Of a stretch of DNA of 64,000 nucleotides, positions 37,688 through 46,393 are shown in pieces. Each line of letters starts with the position of its first letter. Within the stretch, counting starts at the first letter, position 1. The translations under genes were made by a program, and so were the position numbers. The DNA is from Candidatus Latescibacterota bacterium (GTDB lineage Bacteria; Latescibacterota; UBA2968; UBA8231), in contig OZ241889.1 of the NCBI GenBank assembly GCA_965203355.1, positions 2,016,001 to 2,080,000 on the forward strand. The letters are read 5' to 3'. Below the pieces are notes generated by a model. The model had not been told where the DNA came from and did not search any database. It saw only the letters and a list, made by a program, of their open reading frames with translations.

Positions 37688-40471
37688 TTGCAAGCGTTTA
37701 GGATATGGGGGCTGATTGGTTCGGCCGCGCTGATGCTAGCGGCTGGAACGGCTGAGGCCCAAGAGTACGGCAACCGCTTGGGCCGCCAGAGCGGCGGAGC
37801 GGTTAGCTTTGAGCCGCGCGGCCCTGGGGTCCTATTTGGCGCGCTCGATCCAGCAATCAAAAAATGGTACATTCCCCAAGAGCTTTTCAACGAATACGGA
37901 TGGCGACAGTGGGAGTACTCCAATTACGCTAAGGATGAGTTTCGGCGCTACGTCAACATCCATCGCGAAGGCGATTACTTCTACGACTTTTACGGCAACT
38001 TCATCGGCCGAGGCTGGCTGATCTATGACTGGAGCCAAAACCAGCCCGGGCAACTTGGCAGCAGCATCTTCCAAAACGCCCGCTTCGATTCTTGGTTCAA
38101 CGGGGTCACTATTGGCGGCGACTCACAGAGCCAATACTACTATTCCATTACGGTAGGCAATCTACTCCGCACGACCCTCACGCCAATGACCTTTTCTAGG
38201 CCTCGTTACAATGGCGTCCAGATTGACTTCATGGCCGACAAATACGCCGGCACTATCCTCGCCTCGCGGATCAGCGACCCGATTTTAGGTGCGACCCAAG
38301 AGCCAGAGACCCGCACCAATACCACTACCATGTTCGGCGGGCGCGGCACGGTCCAGGTCGGCGACTTCATCGAGGTCGGCGCGACTGTAGTCGATGCTCG
38401 CAATACGAATACTACGCTCGACCTGTTCAGCGGCGACTTGATCGCAGGCAGCCTCACGTCCGGCCAGAGTAGCACTCCGCTTACGGCCATTGCCATCATT
38501 CTCAGCGACGATACGCCTGAAGATGGCGAGGGAGGCGCGGCTTTGTTCCGCGACAAGGTGCGCATCATCAGCCGCGACTTTGAGACGAATAAAGAGCAGG
38601 TTTTTGAGGCGGCGGAGGTTGTTCGCGCTGGCGCGGAGTGGCCGATTAAATTCGGCGGATTTGAACGCCAGGGGTACACGGCCGCCGACGGTCACGAGCG
38701 CATCGTGCTTAACTACGACTTCAACGACCCGGCCTACATCGGCCCAAACCCCACCTCGATCGTGGCCGTGGAATTTGAATATGTATTGGGAAATGACTTC
38801 AAGGTGGAGATGTGGTCCGACCGGCAGACTGGTCGCCGCGCCATGCCTTCTGCGCCCCTGAGTGCGGAAACCATAGACGCCACCGAGCCAGCTCTGATTA
38901 CCCTGCGGCGAGCCGAAGGCAACGTGAAGGACATTTCTAATCTCCAGCTCGTAAAATTTGATTACGGTTTGCCGACGGGTAACCTAGTCGGCGGATTTAC
39001 AGTGGAGGGCAAGGGGCTGTGGGGGGTTGACTTCTACGGAGAGTGGAACCGCAACAAGCGCTACTATCAGTATCCCAACGCCGCGCTATTTACGGCTGGC
39101 AAGAACCACAAAATTTCTACCGAGCAGTCCGATGCTTGGTTTTTCAACCTCTCTCGTCAGTTCTATCCGTGGTTCTTCTTCGGCGAGGTCTATGCGATGG
39201 ATGACGCGTATTCGACCACGGCTTTTTTGGTAGATACCAATGGCGATATCCAATACGATAATTCCCAGCGTAACTTCTACGAATTTGTCGAAGATAACGA
39301 CGACCAAGACCAATATCCCGACTGGATCCGCGCGGGCTCGGCCAACGACCGGCTCATCTTTCCCGGGTGGGACGAGAACAACGATTTTATCTCGGATTTC
39401 AACCAAAACGACAATGGCACGGTCAACAATCTCATTCCCGATTACGAAGAGCCTTTTTTGCGCTATGCGGTTGATCGGCCCGAATACCTCTTTGGCATCG
39501 ACCTGAACAACAACGATTGGATCGACCGCTTTGAGGATGACGACTTGCCGGATTACCCCTATAAGACCGATCGGCAGGGCTATAATGTGTTCGCCGGTGC
39601 CGAACTCGTGCCAGGAGCACGGCTGACTTTGGGACAGGCGGATGAGCAGATGATTTCAACTAATCGCTCAAGCCGGGTTCAGTACGCACTCTTTACCTTT
39701 GACCGCGATGTGCCGGGCGTGGGGCGCTTGCAGGTTTTTGAAGCGCTGAAAAAGGTCGCCGACACCATTCCAGACGATCGGCGTGCTCCCACGCCTTATG
39801 TCGATGCCCCACCGATCCAGCCCCTCGTCCCCGATATTCTGCCGGCCCAAGACACTTGGGTCAATTCGCTGTGGCTCGGGTTCGACTACGCGGGCATTGA
39901 TCGGCTCAACATCATCAACAAGGTCAAGTACGAATTCTATCGCCAAAACCAAGACAATCCACGTGATATAGATGGCCGTCGCCTGCGGACCAACACCAGC
40001 TTCTTCGGCTTGATCAACAAATTCGACTACACCTACGATATAGGCCGCTTCAGTCTCCAGCCCAAGTTCAAGAGCGAATACTTGCGGCGTACGCCGTTTT
40101 TGGTCCAAGAGGATGAGCGCAAGGAGTGGACCGGCAGCTTTGTGCTGCTAGCCCGACTGCCGGTGCTGAAGCACACCGTGTTGATGGGGGGAGTAGAGCA
40201 ACTGCTGCTGAGAGATTTGATGCACGACGAGGACGCTATGGTCGCCAGCGGCATCACCACGGAAACGGGCGACTTGAGCAGCGTAAACGTGGCGGTGCAG
40301 CTGTCCAATTCCTCGGACTACATGGGGTATCGCCTGACGACCCAGATCGGCCTGCGCTACGGTCGCACCCAGACTGAACTGGTGATAGAAAACGACAGCG
40401 GTTTTGCCAAGGGCAGCGAAAGCAGCAATTCGACGACTAGCTTCATCACCGTGTACGCCGGAATTCAGTAA
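37688..40471 (+). CDS. Large secreted hypothetical protein, putative outer-membrane beta-barrel with acidic Ca-binding-like insert (A)
   Basis: Signal peptide (AEA-Q); alternating-hydrophobic strands; D/N-rich motifs EDNDDQD, WDENNDFISDFNQND, GIDLNNNDWIDRFEDDD; C-terminal strand FITVYAGIQ. Confidence 0.55.
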   Translation: MQAFRIWGLIGSAALMLAAGTAEAQEYGNRLGRQSGGAVSFEPRGPGVLFGALDPAIKKWYIPQELFNEYGWRQWEYSNYAKDEFRRYVNIHREGDYFYDFYGNFIGRGWLIYDWSQNQPGQLGSSIFQNARFDSWFNGVTIGGDSQSQYYYSITVGNLLRTTLTPMTFSRPRYNGVQIDFMADKYAGTILASRISDPILGATQEPETRTNTTTMFGGRGTVQVGDFIEVGATVVDARNTNTTLDLFSGDLIAGSLTSGQSSTPLTAIAIILSDDTPEDGEGGAALFRDKVRIISRDFETNKEQVFEAAEVVRAGAEWPIKFGGFERQGYTAADGHERIVLNYDFNDPAYIGPNPTSIVAVEFEYVLGNDFKVEMWSDRQTGRRAMPSAPLSAETIDATEPALITLRRAEGNVKDISNLQLVKFDYGLPTGNLVGGFTVEGKGLWGVDFYGEWNRNKRYYQYPNAALFTAGKNHKISTEQSDAWFFNLSRQFYPWFFFGEVYAMDDAYSTTAFLVDTNGDIQYDNSQRNFYEFVEDNDDQDQYPDWIRAGSANDRLIFPGWDENNDFISDFNQNDNGTVNNLIPDYEEPFLRYAVDRPEYLFGIDLNNNDWIDRFEDDDLPDYPYKTDRQGYNVFAGAELVPGARLTLGQADEQMISTNRSSRVQYALFTFDRDVPGVGRLQVFEALKKVADTIPDDRRAPTPYVDAPPIQPLVPDILPAQDTWVNSLWLGFDYAGIDRLNIINKVKYEFYRQNQDNPRDIDGRRLRTNTSFFGLINKFDYTYDIGRFSLQPKFKSEYLRRTPFLVQEDERKEWTGSFVLLARLPVLKHTVLMGGVEQLLLRDLMHDEDAMVASGITTETGDLSSVNVAVQLSNSSDYMGYRLTTQIGLRYGRTQTELVIENDSGFAKGSESSNSTTSFITVYAGIQ

Positions 40472-43422
40472 TGGGCGTACTGCGAGCTAAATGCGCGTTG
40501 CTCTTGGGCGCAGTGGTCCTATGTACCCTTGAGGTCGGTGCTCAGATAGACTACGGCAATCGCCTCGGTCGCCGGGCTGACGAGCGTCGTGTGTTCTCGG
40601 CCGCGGGTCGGTCGATGCTGATTGACGCGCTGGATCCTACTATTCAGCGCTGGTACTTGCCGCAGGAGTTGTTCACCGAGTACGGCCGCCGCCAGTGGCA
40701 GTACACTAACTATGCGCGGGAATCTTTTCTCCGCTACGTGTCGCGCAGCCAAGAGGGATTTTATTTTTACGATCCTTACGGCGATTTGATCACCCGCGGC
40801 TGGCTCATCTACGATTGGCGGCAAACCCAGCCGCTGATCAGTGCCAGCAATCAGATCACCAAGCGCGGCGAGTACCTAAGCTGGTTCAATCGCCTCATCA
40901 TCTCCTCGGATACCAGTGGCGATTACAGCTATTCGATTGTAGTCGGGGACGAGCTTTTTACGACACTGACGCCCCTGACTTTCCGCAAGACTGGCTTCAA
41001 TGGTGTGGTGACTAGTTTGGCTACCCAGCGATTGCGGGCGACCGGGCTATTTTCGCGCATCTCGTCTCCGATCATCGACATCAGCGCAGATTTTCCGACT
41101 CGGCAGCTAGAAAACGCGACGAACCTATCCGCACTCCGCTTTGAGGCCGATGTCAGCGATCACCTGACTGTGGGTATGACCTTCGTCAATTCCCACAGTA
41201 ACAACGGGGCCTTGGAGAGCTTTCAGGAAAGCCCCTTTACGGGTTTGCTAACCTCAGGCCAGTTAGACCGGCGACTTGAATTACTAGTGGTGAGGTTGTC
41301 CGACGATTCGCCCGAAGATGGCGAAGGGGGGGCCGTGCTTTTCAGCGACGATGTGGAGATTACGACTACCTTAATGCGCGAAGTGGCCGCGGGGGATAGC
41401 GCGACCTTAGTCCCCCGGGATACGGTCATCACCGGCAGCAGCATTGGCTACCGACCATTGCGCGAAGGGGGCAAAGTGCGCGATGGCTTCCTCACGGCTG
41501 ATGGATCCGAACGCATCACGCTTAAATATCCGCTGGTAGCCGAAACTGGGGAAGACGAAACTGGGACCTTGCGCCTGCTATTGCAGCAGAGCTTGGGGTT
41601 GAGTTTGGCCGAGGCCGAGGATGCGGTGACCGCGATCAAGAAGGTGCGCTTTCGGCTCATTCTGGCCAACGATTACCGAGTGGAGGTCGCGTCTGATCGA
41701 CAGACCAATCCAGTGGATCAGCCGCAATTTCTCCAGGTCGCACGAGCAGCGGGCAACATCAAAAACCGTCTCAACCAACAAGAAGTGGCCTTTGACTACG
41801 GGTTGCCCACTGCGAGTCAGATATACGGCGTTACTGCCGAGATGCGCGATTGGTACGGGTTTGACTTCTACGGAGAGTTCAACGTCAACACCCGCTATCG
41901 CAAGTACCCGACGACGACCATGAAGAAGCACGAAGCTATTGCTGGCATTGTCGGAGACCAGCACGACGTGGCCTATATGATCAACTTGGCGCGGAACATC
42001 GGCCCTTGGCGCTTTTTTCTTGAAGGCTTCGGTATGGACGACGGATACAGCACCAACGTGCGGCCAGTGGATGGCCGAGGCTTGGTCGACTACTCGCCCG
42101 AAGCCATCATTCAGTCCTATGATTTTGTCGATGATAATGACGATAACGACCGTCATCCAGATCAGCTGCGCCGCTATCAGGGCAGTTTGATTCCCATTCC
42201 AGGGCAGTATTTCCTAGTCCGGCCCAACGGCGTGGCCGATCCAGCGGTTTTCCCTGGCTATGACGAAAACGGAGACTTCCTTTCCGACTTTAACCAAAAC
42301 AGCAACGGCGAGCGGCAAAACTTCTTTCCGGACTACGATGAGCCTTTTCTACGCTACGAGGTTGATAGGCCTGAATTTCTCTTTGGCATTGATTTGAACA
42401 ACAACGGTTGGGTCGATCGCTTTGAAAACGACGACCAGCCGGACTATCCCTACAAGAAGGACCACTGGGGCTACAATTTTTATACTAGCGTCCAAGTCAA
42501 TCCCGAAATCCGACTCACGGCCGGCCGCCTACGCCAAGCCATGCACCAAGCCGCACGTGATAACGATACCTTCTATGGGATCTTTACCTTTACTAAGAGC
42601 TTCCCCACGCTGGGTCGTTGGCGGCTCTTCGACATGGTGCGGCGGGCCGAAGACAACATCGAAGATCACCTCGTGCAGTGGATCGTGCCCAGAGCGGAGT
42701 TCGGCCAATTTAGCGAGACAACGGGCAGCAATGTGCCCGTGCCTGACCCGCTGGCCGCCGAGAATACGTGGATCAACACGCTTTACTCGGACTGGGAGTA
42801 CGACAGTCCTAGGGGTTGGACCACCCGCCACCGATTCAAGATGGATGTATGGAAACAGCGGGAAGCCGAGGTGATATTGGCCCGGGACGAAGAGGGCCAT
42901 GTGCTCTTGGACGAGGAGGGCGCACCGATGGTGGTCTTTGATCCCTTGGGAACCGAGGCGCGCAATGGCCGCGAGTCGTCTAGTTTTGTCGGGTTGATAG
43001 ACAAGATTTCCTATGCATTCTCATGGAAGTCGATCGCCATTTCCCCGCGCATCAAAAGTGAATTTATGCGCCGAGTGCCCTTTAGCCGTAGTGCGCCGCC
43101 GGAACGCAGTTACGATGTGCTCTACATGGTACTGGCAAATTTCCCGATTCTCCACCGCTCTTATGTACAGCTAGGGGTTGAAGGGCGCTTTTTCTACGAT
43201 CTCAAAGGCGACGAGGGACAACTAGCGACTGGAGAGCGAACCGGCGACTTTCGCGGCACAGTCTTGGCCTGTCAACTGACGAGCACTCGGGCCTATTCTG
43301 GATACGAGTTGACCACTCAGATGGGCGTGCGCTTTGATCGTCGCTCGTTGGAGATCAAAGATGGGGATGGGGAACGGAAGACCTCGGGCCTAGTGTTCCT
43401 TTCGGTATTTGCTGGATTGTAA
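40471..43422 (+). CDS. Paralogous large secreted hypothetical protein, putative outer-membrane beta-barrel (B)
   Basis: Shares YGNRLGR, LDPxIxxWYxPQELFxEYGxRQW, GWLIYDW, LSDDxPEDGEGGA and FGIDLNNN with the upstream gene; TAATG coupling; ends VFLSVFAGL. Confidence 0.55.
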   Translation: MGVLRAKCALLLGAVVLCTLEVGAQIDYGNRLGRRADERRVFSAAGRSMLIDALDPTIQRWYLPQELFTEYGRRQWQYTNYARESFLRYVSRSQEGFYFYDPYGDLITRGWLIYDWRQTQPLISASNQITKRGEYLSWFNRLIISSDTSGDYSYSIVVGDELFTTLTPLTFRKTGFNGVVTSLATQRLRATGLFSRISSPIIDISADFPTRQLENATNLSALRFEADVSDHLTVGMTFVNSHSNNGALESFQESPFTGLLTSGQLDRRLELLVVRLSDDSPEDGEGGAVLFSDDVEITTTLMREVAAGDSATLVPRDTVITGSSIGYRPLREGGKVRDGFLTADGSERITLKYPLVAETGEDETGTLRLLLQQSLGLSLAEAEDAVTAIKKVRFRLILANDYRVEVASDRQTNPVDQPQFLQVARAAGNIKNRLNQQEVAFDYGLPTASQIYGVTAEMRDWYGFDFYGEFNVNTRYRKYPTTTMKKHEAIAGIVGDQHDVAYMINLARNIGPWRFFLEGFGMDDGYSTNVRPVDGRGLVDYSPEAIIQSYDFVDDNDDNDRHPDQLRRYQGSLIPIPGQYFLVRPNGVADPAVFPGYDENGDFLSDFNQNSNGERQNFFPDYDEPFLRYEVDRPEFLFGIDLNNNGWVDRFENDDQPDYPYKKDHWGYNFYTSVQVNPEIRLTAGRLRQAMHQAARDNDTFYGIFTFTKSFPTLGRWRLFDMVRRAEDNIEDHLVQWIVPRAEFGQFSETTGSNVPVPDPLAAENTWINTLYSDWEYDSPRGWTTRHRFKMDVWKQREAEVILARDEEGHVLLDEEGAPMVVFDPLGTEARNGRESSSFVGLIDKISYAFSWKSIAISPRIKSEFMRRVPFSRSAPPERSYDVLYMVLANFPILHRSYVQLGVEGRFFYDLKGDEGQLATGERTGDFRGTVLACQLTSTRAYSGYELTTQMGVRFDRRSLEIKDGDGERKTSGLVFLSVFAGL

Positions 43423-43434
43423 GGGCGGATAGCG

Positions 43435-45189
43435 ATGACGACTACCGCCCCACAGGGCTGGATTATCAGCCGCCAATGGGATTTCTTCTTTTTTATCGGG
43501 ACCCCGTTGCTCTCACTAGCGACGCTGCTGTTCGCCGCCAACTACTTCACCTCTGCTGATATTGCCCTCTTTGTGCTGGCCTTTTTCGCGGTGGGGCACC
43601 ACCTGCCTGGGCTAATGCGTGCCTATGGCGAGCGGGAGCTGTTTAGTCGCTATAAGGCCCGCTTCATCGTCGCTCCGCTGGTGGTCGCCTCCTTTGTCAG
43701 TTGGAGTGTGTTTAACGGCCACCTTGGATTTTTCATTTTTTTGGCCCTGTGGGACATGTGGCACTTCTTCATGCAGCACTACGGCTTCATGCGGATATAC
43801 GAGTTCAAGCAACATCGGCCCTCGCAGTTGAGTGCACGGCTGGATTGGTGGCTGACGGCAGTCTGGTTCGGATACGTAATAGCAGCTAGCCCCCACTATT
43901 TGATCAATTTTTTAGAACGCTGCCACCGCTATGGCTTTGGGCTATACACTTGGATCAAGCCCGAACACATCTTTTCACTACGGGACGCCATGTTGTATTT
44001 GGCACTGGCCTTGTCAGTGGTCTACGTCGGTAACATGGTCGTCGAAAGGCGTCGTGGTGCGCCCATCGTCTGGCCCAAGTTGGCGATTTCGGCCACTACG
44101 TTCGCCACAGTCTATTACGCTTACATCATCCTCGAAGACGTGATCTTGGGCTACGCGATCACCGCGTTGGCACACGACATTCAATACTTTGCCATCGTGT
44201 GGATCTACAATCACGGGGTGCTCAGGCGCTCGTGCGACTTGGGGCGGTCTTTCTTCCGCTTCCTATTCGCCGATGGGCGCCTGCGGATCGTTCTGTTCTA
44301 CCTGTTGCTGATATTGGCTTACGGCGGCATAGAGGCCCTCGCACGAGCGACACAGAATTTCCTGATTTACGATATAGTCAAGGTGCTCATCGCCACCTCG
44401 GCCTTCATGCACTATTACTACGATGGGTTCATGTGGAAGGTCGGCAAGAAGGAGATCCGGCAGAACTTGATAGACGAGGCGTCCGCAGAGGATCCGAGTG
44501 AAGAAGCTCTGCCGCGCCGTGGCTGGAACGCGCTGGTGACACGGTGGCAGAATGCGCGAGCGCAATGGACGGCTCTCTCCTATGGGTTTGAGACCGGCAA
44601 GCAGGTGCTGTACTTCGGGGTGCCCATCCTCTTCTTGGCTTGGACTGACGCTCAGTATTCGCTGTCGGACGTAAACGCCAAAGAGTACTTGGCCCGGCTG
44701 GCACCGAGCGTGGCCAAAGCCCACGACGACTTGGGGGTGGCCTATAGTCGGCAGGGGGATTTTGATCGCGGCATCACCGCCCACCAAGAGGCCATTGCTG
44801 CGGATTCTACCTATGCCCAAGCCTATACGCACTTGGGGATCGCTCATTCGCTGAAAGGCGATCTAAAGGCTGCCATTGGCTTGCACCAACAGGCCATCGC
44901 GTTGGATCCCGAGTTGGCGCAAGCCTATTTCAATCTAGGGGTGGAATACGCGAAAATGGAACGACTCGGGGAGGCTCTAGGCGCGTTTGAGCGCGCTGTG
45001 GCCTTAGACGCTGACTACGACCGCGCTCACTTGGCCCTCGCACAAACGTATAAAAAAATGGGCAACCAGCCTCTCGCAAAAAGGCACTGGAACCGAGCGC
45101 GCGACTTGCAGGCCGCCGAGCAGCGGAAGGACTTGAGCCTTAGTGCCATGCCTTGGGCCACCGGGACGCCGCTCAAAGGCGACACATGA
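43435..45189 (+). CDS. Polytopic membrane protein with conserved-looking His motifs fused to C-terminal TPRs
   Basis: About 9-10 hydrophobic segments; motifs GHHLPG, WHFFMQHYG, AHDIQY, HYYYDGFMW; TPRs AHDDLGVAY, AYTHLGIA, AYFNLGVEY. Confidence 0.7.
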   Translation: MTTTAPQGWIISRQWDFFFFIGTPLLSLATLLFAANYFTSADIALFVLAFFAVGHHLPGLMRAYGERELFSRYKARFIVAPLVVASFVSWSVFNGHLGFFIFLALWDMWHFFMQHYGFMRIYEFKQHRPSQLSARLDWWLTAVWFGYVIAASPHYLINFLERCHRYGFGLYTWIKPEHIFSLRDAMLYLALALSVVYVGNMVVERRRGAPIVWPKLAISATTFATVYYAYIILEDVILGYAITALAHDIQYFAIVWIYNHGVLRRSCDLGRSFFRFLFADGRLRIVLFYLLLILAYGGIEALARATQNFLIYDIVKVLIATSAFMHYYYDGFMWKVGKKEIRQNLIDEASAEDPSEEALPRRGWNALVTRWQNARAQWTALSYGFETGKQVLYFGVPILFLAWTDAQYSLSDVNAKEYLARLAPSVAKAHDDLGVAYSRQGDFDRGITAHQEAIAADSTYAQAYTHLGIAHSLKGDLKAAIGLHQQAIALDPELAQAYFNLGVEYAKMERLGEALGAFERAVALDADYDRAHLALAQTYKKMGNQPLAKRHWNRARDLQAAEQRKDLSLSAMPWATGTPLKGDT

Positions 45190-45317
45190 ATGATATTAAT
45201 AGAGAAAATGCTTGACAAAAGAGATGATTCACTGTTCTTTAGGCACTTTCTTTCACGTTATGCTCTTGTAAGTAGGGCGTTTTTTTTATCCACTCAACCA
45301 ACATAGGGGGTTGTAGC

Positions 45318-46280
45318 ATGAGCAAAAAAATTGCGATGTTGGCTGCTGTTATGGGCTTGGTGAGTTCGTCCGCCTTCGCCCATATTCCCGAAGGGGCTGT
45401 ATACGGTGCCTTCCAGTGGCCGACTGACAAACTGCCCGTCCTCGATGGCGATATCTCCGAGTGGGATATCTTGCCGGCTGAGGTGTGGATTGACAGCGAT
45501 AGTCCCGACATCATCGTCGGCGAAGGTGACGTCGGGCGCGAAAAGGATCGCTCCAATTTGTTCTTCCGTTTTGCCATGGGCTGGAACGACGAGTTGGATC
45601 GCATCTACTACGTTTTCGACCGCTTCGATGACGTTTGGGATCGCGATGCCGGCGGCATTGGCTGCTGTGGCCAAGACGACTCCATTGAGATCGGTCTGGA
45701 CTCTGATCACTCCGGTGGCTGGTTCCATGCTGGCGGTGCTGGTATTTCTGGCGACTTGAGCGAAGAAGAGGTAAAGCTCTATAACGGCGGTCAGACCCAG
45801 ACCTCGCATTACCGTTGGCCACCCATTACGTCTGGTAGTGATCCCAACGGTTGGAGTTGGTTTTGGATGTCCAGTTCGACTTGGCACGGCGATGAGCCTT
45901 ACCAGTGCTGCTCAGACTCCTTCAAACTCGATGGCGTACACGGTGCTGAGGCCAATTTCCAAGCCGAGTGGTACACCATTGGCTGGGATGATTTCAACTG
46001 GCAGGGTCCCGAGCTGAGTACCCAGCACGACTTCGTCGAGTTGGAAATTGTCGGTGCTGGCTTGCAGATCGTCGATAACGACAACGGACCAGAAGATGCC
46101 GAAGACACAAATCCGTGGACAGCCAAATGGACGTTAGGTGGCCAGTCCGACATCTTTGGCAACGCTGGTTCGTTTTCCGACTTTGTGTTGCTTCCTCTCG
46201 ACGAAGCAGCTCTCGCTAATCTCCCGACCGCGGTCGAGAACGATAGTTGGGGCCATATCAAGGCTTCTGTCGCTAGGTAA
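45318..46280 (+). CDS. Secreted acidic protein (CBM9/DOMON-like beta-sandwich candidate) with C-terminal TAVE..WG.IK motif
   Basis: Signal peptide AFA-H; PVLDGDISEW, DDSIEIGLD; ends PTAVENDSWGHIKASVAR. Has its own AT-rich upstream region (TTGACA 45212) and terminator. Confidence 0.65.
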   Translation: MSKKIAMLAAVMGLVSSSAFAHIPEGAVYGAFQWPTDKLPVLDGDISEWDILPAEVWIDSDSPDIIVGEGDVGREKDRSNLFFRFAMGWNDELDRIYYVFDRFDDVWDRDAGGIGCCGQDDSIEIGLDSDHSGGWFHAGGAGISGDLSEEEVKLYNGGQTQTSHYRWPPITSGSDPNGWSWFWMSSSTWHGDEPYQCCSDSFKLDGVHGAEANFQAEWYTIGWDDFNWQGPELSTQHDFVELEIVGAGLQIVDNDNGPEDAEDTNPWTAKWTLGGQSDIFGNAGSFSDFVLLPLDEAALANLPTAVENDSWGHIKASVAR

Positions 46281-46314
46281 CTCACCCGCCTAAAGCAGCA
46301 AAATATCCGTAGTG

Positions 46315-46352
46315 GGACGGGTAGGTCTTCATTGATCTATCCGTCCTTTTTT
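46315..46352 (+). terminator. Rho-independent terminator
   Basis: Stem GGACGGGTAGGTC / GATCTATCCGTCC (with G-U pairs) followed by T6. Confidence 0.8.
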
Positions 46353-46393
46353 GTCATATTTTTTGCCTTTCCTCAGTCAGTTACAAGGCCGTT

